Source: Candidatus Duodenibacillus intestinavium (lineage in GTDB: Bacteria > Pseudomonadota > Gammaproteobacteria > Burkholderiales > Burkholderiaceae_F). From it: DNA of 59,936 nucleotides. Positions 52,346-59,936 of this stretch are shown piece after piece. The notes under the pieces are model-generated. The model was not told the origin of the DNA and searched no databases. It saw only the letters and a list, made by a program, of their open reading frames with translations. The stretch spans positions 1-59,936 of the forward strand of contig DXAI01000031.1 in NCBI GenBank assembly GCA_019117135.1, given 5' to 3'. The number at the start of each line of letters is the position of its first letter. The first letter of the stretch is position 1. The translations under genes were made by a program, and so were the position numbers.

Positions 52346-53601
52346 ATTTCTCTCACAAACCGCATCTGACGCTGCGTCGCGCCCGTGTAAAGCGAAGCAA
52401 ATTCCAACGCACGGCGACTGCGTTCGGCCAACGTTCCGTCAACGAACCAGGAAAGCGCAGTCTCCACGGCATCACGCGGATGCGCGGCGTGCACGGCACC
52501 GCCTTCGGCGAGTGCATCGGCCACGGCCTTGGCAAAATTAAATGTGCTGGAACCCACCAGCACGGGCGAGCCGGAAGCCGCAGGCTCAATCAAGTTCTGG
52601 CAGCCAAACTGTCCGAAGCTACCGCCCATGATGCACACGTCCGACAAAGCACAATAAAAACTCATCTCGCCCATCGTGTCGCCCAGAAGCACCGCAGGTC
52701 CTTCTGAGAGACCGGAAAATTCGGGATCTTCGCTTTTGCGAATCACTCGACAACCTGAGCGCTTGAAGATCTCGGCCACTTCGTCGAAACGCTGCGGATG
52801 GCGCGGCACAATCAAAAAAACAGCCTCTTCGAGATGCTCGGCAATATGCGGAGAAAACATCGCCTCTTCGCCTTCACGCGTACTTGCAAGCAAAATGACC
52901 TTCTTTTTGAACGTGCCCTTGACTTTCGCAGCCAGCTCGACCTGTTTGGGATTCGGACGAATGTCAAACTTCACCGACCCGCAAACGTGGATGTTACGGG
53001 CGCCTAGTGCTTTGAGCCTCTCGGCATCTTCCTGACTTTGCGCGAGCACCGCAGCAAAAGAAGCAAAAGCAGGTCCCATCAGCGAAGCCACCAATCTTGC
53101 CTGCCCCGCGCTTTTTTCCGATTCGCGCGCGTTGGCGAGAACCACGGGGATACGGCGCTTTGCAGCCTCCTGCATCATGTTGGGCCAGACTTCCGTTTCC
53201 ATCACAACGCCCATTACCGGCTTCGTCTCTTCGAAAAACTTCGCCATTAGGCGCGGATTGTCATACGGTAAATAACACTGCACTATGCGACCAGGGTAGT
53301 GTTCGGCAATTTTTGCCCCGGTGTCTCGCCCCGTCGGTGTCATACAGGTCAAAAGAATCTCGGCTTGCGGATTTTCCGTAAGAAATGCGTCAATGATCGT
53401 GCGCGCCGCTGCTGTCTCGCCTACGCTCACCGCATGCAACCACAGTCGGGGCATTGAGGGAGCCGGGTAATGACACCAGCCGAAGCGTTCGTCCCAGTGC
53501 TTGAGGTAGTCGGGCTGCTTGCGGGCCCTCTTTCGGAGATAGCACTTTGCCAGCGGCAATGCGCAGTATGTCAATCCTCGATAAAGCGTCGAAATCAGCA
53601 T
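52315..53601 (-). CDS. waaA: Kdo transferase
   Basis: WLHAVSVGE, YLPYD, ETEVWPN, ASTREGEE, VPRHPQRF, GDTMGEM. Confidence 0.94.
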   Translation of the reverse strand: MLISTLYRGLTYCALPLAKCYLRKRARKQPDYLKHWDERFGWCHYPAPSMPRLWLHAVSVGETAAARTIIDAFLTENPQAEILLTCMTPTGRDTGAKIAEHYPGRIVQCYLPYDNPRLMAKFFEETKPVMGVVMETEVWPNMMQEAAKRRIPVVLANARESEKSAGQARLVASLMGPAFASFAAVLAQSQEDAERLKALGARNIHVCGSVKFDIRPNPKQVELAAKVKGTFKKKVILLASTREGEEAMFSPHIAEHLEEAVFLIVPRHPQRFDEVAEIFKRSGCRVIRKSEDPEFSGLSEGPAVLLGDTMGEMSFYCALSDVCIMGGSFGQFGCQNLIEPAASGSPVLVGSSTFNFAKAVADALAEGGAVHAAHPRDAVETALSWFVDGTLAERSRRALEFASLYTGATQRQMRFVREIWAQETSKMS

Positions 53602-53624
53602 CGCTTACGCCTTCAAAAATTCAG

Positions 53625-54602
53625 TTACGCAACGGTCGCCTGAGCCAAAACAGAATGCATGGCTGCCAGCACTTCTTCGGGCTGGGGGATCACACCGTTG
53701 TCCCCCACGGTTGCGCAGGCGCTTTCCGAGACCAGAGAAAAAAGTTCGGCACTTGTGCCCACGATGATGCCAACGGACGGAATCCCTAGCGCTGCCCCCA
53801 AATGCGTGAGCCCCGTATCGACGCCAAGCAGGCAACGAGCACCAGCAATCACCTCCGCTATAGCTCTCAAGCTCAGACGAGGCAACACCACGACCTGCCC
53901 CGGCACGCTCGAAGCAATCTGTTCGCAGTAGGCTCTTTCCTTGTCGTTGCCCCAGAAAAGAACGCTCATGATGCCGTCGTCAGCCAATTCCCGCGCCACT
54001 TCAGTCCAGCGGCTCTTAGGCCACAACTTTTCAGCTCGGCTTGTGTTAACGGTGAGCGCCGCATAGGGTGCACGGACACCGGTCGGCGTCATCGGCTTGA
54101 CATCAAGCCCGTAGTGAAGATCTTCATTCTCAATAGGATAACCCAAGGCCTGCGCAGCCATGGTGCGATAGCGAACCACCGGCACCAATTTGTTCGAAAC
54201 CGGGAGCGTACGGCTGTAAAAGTGCGCCGCCAACGGCTCCTTGATGTTTTCCTTGGAATAACCCACACTCTCGACCCCGGCCCATCGTGCGACAACCGCC
54301 GTGCGGATCAATCCTTGCAGATCAATGACAATGTCATACTTGGCTTCAGCCAGTGCGCGTCGTACAGCCAGGATTTCACCTCGGACCGACGATGAAAAAA
54401 TGTTTTTGCGCCAACGACGGAAAGCCGTCACCACAAGCTTGTCTACAAAGGGCGAAAGTTTCGGAATGTCGGTAAAACTCTCTTCAACCACCCAACTCAA
54501 TTCGCAATCGGGATAGTGCTTCTTGATGTCGTAGGCCACCGGCAACGCATGCACGATGTCCCCCATGGAAGAAGACTTGATGATGAGAATTTTTTTGGGC
54601 AT
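53625..54602 (-). CDS. waaC: LPS heptosyltransferase I
   Basis: KSSSMGDIVH.LP, WVVEE, DLQGL, GVDTGL.H. Confidence 0.9.
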   Translation of the reverse strand: MPKKILIIKSSSMGDIVHALPVAYDIKKHYPDCELSWVVEESFTDIPKLSPFVDKLVVTAFRRWRKNIFSSSVRGEILAVRRALAEAKYDIVIDLQGLIRTAVVARWAGVESVGYSKENIKEPLAAHFYSRTLPVSNKLVPVVRYRTMAAQALGYPIENEDLHYGLDVKPMTPTGVRAPYAALTVNTSRAEKLWPKSRWTEVARELADDGIMSVLFWGNDKERAYCEQIASSVPGQVVVLPRLSLRAIAEVIAGARCLLGVDTGLTHLGAALGIPSVGIIVGTSAELFSLVSESACATVGDNGVIPQPEEVLAAMHSVLAQATVA

Positions 54603-54679
54603 ATCCGCTGTTTATTCGTAAGTCAAAAGACACAAGGGCGACGGACAGCCGCCCTGGCGCCGGGATGTTTCAAGCGTCT

Positions 54680-56083
54680 TCAAATAACCGTTGCTTCGGC
54701 ACGACGGGAAAGTTTCTTGCCGAATTCAACGCCAGGCTGATCAAACGGATTGATACCGTAGAGCGTTCCGAGCATCGTGGTCTTGTGTTCGTAAAGCGCC
54801 ATCAATGCACCCAGACGAGCAGCGTCGAGCTGATCAATGCTGATCGTGGAAACCGCATTGAAGCACTCGGTTTCTTCACGCGTGATCAACGCTTCGGCCT
54901 GAGCCTTGGCATTGGCAATCAGCACGCGATGCAAATCGGCATGACGGTGACCGGGCTTTTCGCACCACAGAAGATCAATCGAGGTAGACCCCGTACCCTC
55001 TCGCAGCCACTGGTAGAACGAATGCTGCGATTCGTTGCCATGGCCGCCCCAGATGGCCTGCCCCGTCGGTCCTTCAATCAGTGCGCCGTCAGCGCCCACG
55101 TGCTTGCCCAGACTTTCCATTTCAAGCTGCTGCAGCCACATCACCATGGTGCGCAGTCTCTCGTCGTAGGGCAGGAAGCAATGCTGCTCAATGCCCAGAC
55201 GCGTCGAATTCCAGTAGGAGATAAGCGCGAGCAACAGCGGCAGGTTTTCACCAGCCGGCGCTTGTGCCACATGCACGTCCATGGCATGCGCGCCGTCGAG
55301 CAAGGCACGGAACGTGTCAGAACCGAGCGCCACGGCATCAGCCAGACCAATGGCCGACCACACCGAGAAGCGGCCGCCCACCCACTCCCAAATCGGAAAG
55401 AAGTTTTCTTCAGGCAGATTCATGTCACGAGCCGCATTTTTGTTGGCCGAAACCATTACCATATGACGCGCGCGATCCTCTCCTGAAATACCGGCTTCCA
55501 AAAGCCACTGATCAATCGCCGCGGCATTAACCGCCGTTTCACGCGTCGTAAAACTCTTGGAAGAAACGATCACAAGGGTCTTAAACGGATTGAGGTCACC
55601 CACGATGCGATCAAACGACACACCGTCGGCAGCGGCCAGAAAATGCAATCGCACCTGTTCGCGCGTTGTACGGAGAGCCTGGTAAACCGTCTTGGGGCCC
55701 ACTTCGGAGCCGCCGATACCCACATTGATCACGTCAGTGATCGTGTCGCCTCGGCAACCACGACGGCGTCCCGAGCGAACGTCGTCGGCAAAGGCGCACA
55801 TATGCTCGAGCGCCTCCTGCACTTCCTTGTGAAAAGGCGCCCCCACAGCCGGATCTCGCAACGCAGTGTGCAAAGCCGCACGGCCTTCGCTCGCGTTGAC
55901 AATCTGGCCTTCTCTCATAGCCGCATTCGCACCCAAAACCCCCTTTTCCCGGGCAATTTCCAAAAGCGAATTGAAGTCAGCCTCCGTCATACGCTGCCGC
56001 CCGATATCAAGCGTCAGTCCGCAGGCGGGAAAAGTGGTTCGGGAAAGCGTGTCGCGCAAAAACGGAACGGTATTGGAAGCCAT
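54680..56083 (-). CDS. pgi: Glucose-6-phosphate isomerase
   Basis: GIGGS, SKSFTT.ET, VGGRFSVWS, QQLEMES.GK, FDQPGVE.GK. Confidence 0.94.
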   Translation of the reverse strand: MASNTVPFLRDTLSRTTFPACGLTLDIGRQRMTEADFNSLLEIAREKGVLGANAAMREGQIVNASEGRAALHTALRDPAVGAPFHKEVQEALEHMCAFADDVRSGRRRGCRGDTITDVINVGIGGSEVGPKTVYQALRTTREQVRLHFLAAADGVSFDRIVGDLNPFKTLVIVSSKSFTTRETAVNAAAIDQWLLEAGISGEDRARHMVMVSANKNAARDMNLPEENFFPIWEWVGGRFSVWSAIGLADAVALGSDTFRALLDGAHAMDVHVAQAPAGENLPLLLALISYWNSTRLGIEQHCFLPYDERLRTMVMWLQQLEMESLGKHVGADGALIEGPTGQAIWGGHGNESQHSFYQWLREGTGSTSIDLLWCEKPGHRHADLHRVLIANAKAQAEALITREETECFNAVSTISIDQLDAARLGALMALYEHKTTMLGTLYGINPFDQPGVEFGKKLSRRAEATVI

Positions 56084-56307
56084 GTTTTTATCTTCGGTTG
56101 TTCATCGGTTGCCCGCTATGGATTGCGGGCGCCACATCTGGAGAGTGTAGCCAAGCATCGGGCAAAAAGCGTCTTTTGCAAGGTTTGGAAAACTTTGCTT
56201 TCACGCTTCCAAACAAAATTTCGGTAAACACACACAAATTCCGAGAACAAAAAAGCCCGAAAACACATGTCTCCGAGCTCTCATTGCCGTCAAGATTTGC
56301 CGCAAAC

Positions 56308-57402
56308 TCAGTGGTCGGACTTGATGCCCGCGCCGCACATCGTGATCAAGGTGTCAGGTGTGGGACCGTGCTCCTCGCAGTAGGCCAGATAAGCCGCGTA
56401 ATTGGCCGCCGTCGTGTGCTCACAGTAAATGCCGCGGGCGGCGATCTTGGCGCGGGCTTCCAGAATCTTTTCTTCCGGCGCACGAACAAACGCGATGTTG
56501 TGGCGATAGCTCATGTCGAGCAACTCATCGCCGCGCATCGGCACGCCGATCGCAATGCCTTCGGCCATCGTGGGCTTCGGAACAATCGAAGCCGGATGCG
56601 CGTCATGCGTTTTGACTGCACGATAAAGCGGATCGCAGTTTTCGCTTTGCAGCGCGATGATCTGCGGAAACTTATCGATTGCGCCGGATTTCTCAAGATG
56701 TTCGAGCGCCTTGACCACACCGATAAAAAGCGTGCCGTTGCCTACCGGCACGACGATGTGCGCCGGAATACGTCCGAGCTGCTCAAGCGTTTCATAGATG
56801 TACGCCTTCATGCCTTCGTAGAAGAAGGGGTTGTAGACATGGTTGGCGTAATAGGCTCCTTCATCGCGCACTTTGGCACGGCAGACATCGGCGCAATGGT
56901 CGCGAGTGCCCGGAACCACATTGACTTTGGCACCGTGCGATTCAATCATGCGGATTTTCGAGGGACTCGTTCCTTCGGGAACGAAAATTTCGCATTTGAT
57001 GCCCGCTCGCGCCGCATAAGCTGCGACAGCATTGCCCGCGTTGCCGCTTGAATCTTGCACGCACGACTTCACGCCGATCGCCTTCATGTGCGCCACAAGC
57101 GTCGCGGCACCGCGATCTTTGAAGGAAAGCGTCGGCATCATGTAATCCATCTTAAAGAGCACGTCGTCGTCAAAACGAACGATCGGCGTACGGCCTTCCC
57201 CGAGCGTCACATCGCGCCAGGCATCGCCCTCAAGCGCCATGAAGCGACGGTACCGGAACTGACTCCATTCTTTATCGTCGATGAGTTCCGGATCCCATGC
57301 CTCAGGCGTGAAGTCAAGCTCGAACAAACCACCGCATTCGCACGTCGGCTGCATCGTCGTCACGGGTGTGCGCTTGCCACACTTTGTGCAAATGAATTCC
57401 AT
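56308..57402 (-). CDS. Threonine synthase-like PLP-dependent enzyme with an N-terminal zinc ribbon
   Basis: CTKC...CECGG, LGEG.TP, PTLSFKDRG, SSGNAG, VPVGNG. Confidence 0.82.
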   Translation of the reverse strand: MEFICTKCGKRTPVTTMQPTCECGGLFELDFTPEAWDPELIDDKEWSQFRYRRFMALEGDAWRDVTLGEGRTPIVRFDDDVLFKMDYMMPTLSFKDRGAATLVAHMKAIGVKSCVQDSSGNAGNAVAAYAARAGIKCEIFVPEGTSPSKIRMIESHGAKVNVVPGTRDHCADVCRAKVRDEGAYYANHVYNPFFYEGMKAYIYETLEQLGRIPAHIVVPVGNGTLFIGVVKALEHLEKSGAIDKFPQIIALQSENCDPLYRAVKTHDAHPASIVPKPTMAEGIAIGVPMRGDELLDMSYRHNIAFVRAPEEKILEARAKIAARGIYCEHTTAANYAAYLAYCEEHGPTPDTLITMCGAGIKSDH

Positions 57403-57433
57403 CAGAAACCTCCGTCAAAAAAGCTGTTTCAGT

Positions 57434-58135
57434 TCAGTTTTTGTCCGTTTTCCGCCGTTCCCGAACGGCATCCAAGTCGCCGTAAAGCGTCGCTTTGGCC
57501 AAATTTAATTTCTGCGCTACAAGCTCAATCGAGCCTTTAACAAGGAACACGCCGCGACGATCCATGAATTCGAGCATTCGCAGACGAGCTTCGCGTGAGA
57601 GTCGTTCTCCGCCTGCATCTTCCTGCACAATTCGATCCACAAAATCGGCCACGAAATCCTGGACACCTTGTTCGGGAAGCTCTCGAGCGAGTTTGTGCGG
57701 CTTCGTTGCGATTGATGCAGCTGTCGACAGGTGTTTGCCGCTCGGGGGTAGTCCCGGCAACAATGACGACAAGTAGTCCATCGCTTGCGTGGCGGCTCGG
57801 GTATCTAAGTTGATGCACAGAGCTCCGACCAGTCGCTCCGAATCGTCTCGGATCAAAAGCGTCGAGGAACGGATCAAACGACCGTTCTTCTCAAAATAGT
57901 AGTTGGCGAGAATACCGTCCTCAGGATTGCCGGCTTTAATAGCCTCCTCAATCAAATGCTCGAAACTTTCGCCGACTTTGCGACCTGTCACCACCGGATT
58001 GGCAACGTACACAACCGAGCGTTGCGGAACGGTGAGGTCGTGGAGTACCACCTCGCAATCGGCAAACGTGCGAACAAGAAGATCGGCAACACCGACGTAG
58101 GAACGAAGAGCAGGATGCATAGTCATGTTGCTCAT
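57434..58135 (-). CDS. YheO-like PAS_6 + HTH transcriptional regulator (start uncertain: 58120, 58126 or 58135)
   Basis: CEVVLHDL, VTGRKVG, RSST, GALCINLD, GVFLVKGS...VA..L...TLY. Confidence 0.88.
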   Translation of the reverse strand: MSNMTMHPALRSYVGVADLLVRTFADCEVVLHDLTVPQRSVVYVANPVVTGRKVGESFEHLIEEAIKAGNPEDGILANYYFEKNGRLIRSSTLLIRDDSERLVGALCINLDTRAATQAMDYLSSLLPGLPPSGKHLSTAASIATKPHKLARELPEQGVQDFVADFVDRIVQEDAGGERLSREARLRMLEFMDRRGVFLVKGSIELVAQKLNLAKATLYGDLDAVRERRKTDKN

Positions 58136-58137
58136 TT

Positions 58138-58173
58138 TACATAAATTTTTATGTAGAACGAATAATTTTTTAT
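58138..58173. promoter_or_regulatory. Tandem palindromic operator candidate upstream of the YheO-like gene
   Basis: TACATAAA-TT-TTTATGTA and a second ATAA-N4-TTAT box 21 bp away. Confidence 0.5.
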
Positions 58174-58187
58174 GCATTCAACTTTTG

Positions 58188-58227
58188 AAAAAAGGCACCC
58201 TCCATTTCCGGAAAAAGTGCCTTTTTT
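58188..58227 (-). terminator. Probable terminator downstream of the secreted protein gene
   Basis: AAAAAAGGCAC...GTGCCTTTTTT inverted repeat. Confidence 0.55.
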
Positions 58228-58257
58228 CGCCATCGCTTTAGTTTAGAAATGCAACTC

Positions 58258-58689
58258 TTACCAGTTTTGAGTCAACAGTCGGTTGAGATCCTTGCCGAGA
58301 TTGGCAATCCAGCGATTGACGTTGCGGTGCACGCATACCACGCCCTCTTTACCATAGCAGCCATTGGGTCTCTCATCCAAACCTCGGCTCTTGACGTACT
58401 CGACCTTATAAGAGCCTTTCCCATAGGTGACACTCACGGTCGCCTGATAATGCAGAGATCGATTATTGGTCGGATACACCAAAAGAACCTTGCCGGGCTT
58501 GTCCGAAATAATGCCCCACTTGCGCATTTCCGCTGCCTGCTTGATCGCTTGGTGAATACGTTCATCCGATGCCTTGAGTCCGCTTTGATCATACGAAATA
58601 ACCTCAGCAACGGGCGCGGCCTGCAGCATCGTTCCCATACTCAGCAAAAGAGCCGCCGTAGCAGCAACAATCAGAGTTCTTCTGTTCAT
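58258..58689 (-). CDS. Secreted hypothetical protein
   Basis: Signal peptide, GAGG RBS, C-terminal HRNVNRWIANL motif reminiscent of an uncharacterised proteobacterial exported family. Confidence 0.7.
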   Translation of the reverse strand: MNRRTLIVAATAALLLSMGTMLQAAPVAEVISYDQSGLKASDERIHQAIKQAAEMRKWGIISDKPGKVLLVYPTNNRSLHYQATVSVTYGKGSYKVEYVKSRGLDERPNGCYGKEGVVCVHRNVNRWIANLGKDLNRLLTQNW

Positions 58690-58709
58690 GTCCTCTCTCC
58701 AAGTCTAAC

Positions 58710-59936
58710 TCAAGCCACTGTTACAAACCGTTGTTTGGAACTTTTTGGCGCGTTAGGCAACGTCAGTGCAAGTCTACCTTTTACGATCAACGGCATGACG
58801 AATTTGCGCATCATATAAGACGTCGTGTTTACACCCAAAAAAACTTTCAACTCTTCGCGACTACGGGGTTGTGCACAGAAAGACAGAATATCGTCCTCTG
58901 ATCGTCCACCTGGTAACGCAACACTCTGTTGATTGAGAGTCTGCCCCAAAAATGTCACTCGAAAACTTCCTCTCTGATCCTCAAATATCGGCTTTTCCAT
59001 TCCAAGCCGCTCAGCCTCTTTGCACATCACCGGAATGCCAGAATAACGATTTTCGGTGAGTCCTAGCACCTCCAAAGCATTGACCAGTACCGGATTTCTC
59101 GTGTCTGGTTGCACACGCCCCAGCTGATCTAATGTCATGCGACCGTAGAGGCCTCCTGGGTTTGCTATCTCCAGTCGATTTTGGAAAATTTTCACCTCAA
59201 TTGGTTGGCCCTGAGTATGCATGCTGTAATCGCGGTGCACCAACGCATTAAGTATCGCCTCTCTTACGGCCACCATCGAATACTGCGGTTTGTCTTCCCG
59301 TTTTCCTGTCTCGGGATTGATGATGGTTTTAACACGGATGTTTCTAGCCACAAAACGTATGGTCCGCTCAAGCATCTCCTCGATTGTGCCGTCGATTCGT
59401 TCGTTGTCAGAAAATCGTTCACCATCAGCCCCTGTTTCACCTACACTGACTCCAGGTACAACGGTCGCAATGATGCTCAACTGAGGAAAAAAAGCTTGAG
59501 GATAAAGCCCGAAGAGCAACATGGCAGCGACAGTCGGATGTCCTCCTTTAAGGAGATTCATCAACCGATAAATCTGCTCATCAGGGAGTCGACTGAGGTT
59601 TGGCTTTCCGGCCTTGAGCCTAGCGATATATCGCTCAATTGCTTCCGAATCCAAATCCGAACGCTCTGCTGTCTGAACGATTGCTATATCATCCTGATGC
59701 TTCTGCCGAAACGCCTCAAAACTGTATATTTCATACTCCGACATCGGCTCATCGCTGTCCCCAACGCGGACAAAAGCACCTTTCATCCGTCCGGCTCCCG
59801 CATAAAAACAAGGACGCTGGGCATAGTCCAACCCTGGAATTTCAGCGGCCACGAAATGCTTTCCCTCCCTTTCTGCCACCGTTAAAACAGCTCTTACGGG
59901 TGGTTGCATTTGTCGACATTGATTTTTAATTTGCCG
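58710..59936 (-). CDS. AlbA_2/HATPase_c_4/wHTH family protein (RecG-C-like ATP-binding protein), 5' end outside window
   Basis: Frame open to the window edge; FVRVGDSD, REAILNALVHRDY, NPGGLYG, RNP, ENRYSGI, C-terminal wHTH ending PKSSKQRF. Confidence 0.82.
   Translation of the reverse strand, partial: RQIKNQCRQMQPPVRAVLTVAEREGKHFVAAEIPGLDYAQRPCFYAGAGRMKGAFVRVGDSDEPMSEYEIYSFEAFRQKHQDDIAIVQTAERSDLDSEAIERYIARLKAGKPNLSRLPDEQIYRLMNLLKGGHPTVAAMLLFGLYPQAFFPQLSIIATVVPGVSVGETGADGERFSDNERIDGTIEEMLERTIRFVARNIRVKTIINPETGKREDKPQYSMVAVREAILNALVHRDYSMHTQGQPIEVKIFQNRLEIANPGGLYGRMTLDQLGRVQPDTRNPVLVNALEVLGLTENRYSGIPVMCKEAERLGMEKPIFEDQRGSFRVTFLGQTLNQQSVALPGGRSEDDILSFCAQPRSREELKVFLGVNTTSYMMRKFVMPLIVKGRLALTLPNAPKSSKQRFVTVA

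Overview
Mostly core chromosome of a betaproteobacterium. Gene content and order suggest an anaerobic gut Sutterellaceae-like organism (inference, not tested). Core genes include ruvCAB, recR, mgtE, aroE, rnb, mpl, accBC-prmA, pstSCA/pstB, ampD, ffh, rnhA-dnaQ, metNI, trmB, the his cluster, murA, thiD, waaA/waaC and pgi, plus tRNA-Val(CAC) and tRNA-Gly(CCC). Small accessory modules are interspersed: a Tat-exported HD protein with a His-rich ABC permease next to tRNA-Val, two divergent M20 amidohydrolases, a Firmicutes-like Hsp20 with a structured leader, a flavocytochrome c/tetraheme cytochrome pair lacking the fumarate reductase signature, a YheO regulator with a PLP enzyme, and two genes of the Schlafen/AlbA_2 - GHKL-like ATPase - wHTH family. 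The most striking unexplained signal is a 52-bp nested palindrome (25474-25525) built from a 12-bp unit. It lies directly upstream of the first AlbA_2 gene, which has an in-frame stop just before its E-x4-E-x-K nuclease motif. No CRISPR array, integrase, transposase or rRNA was seen. All calls come from reading the sequence; no searches were run.
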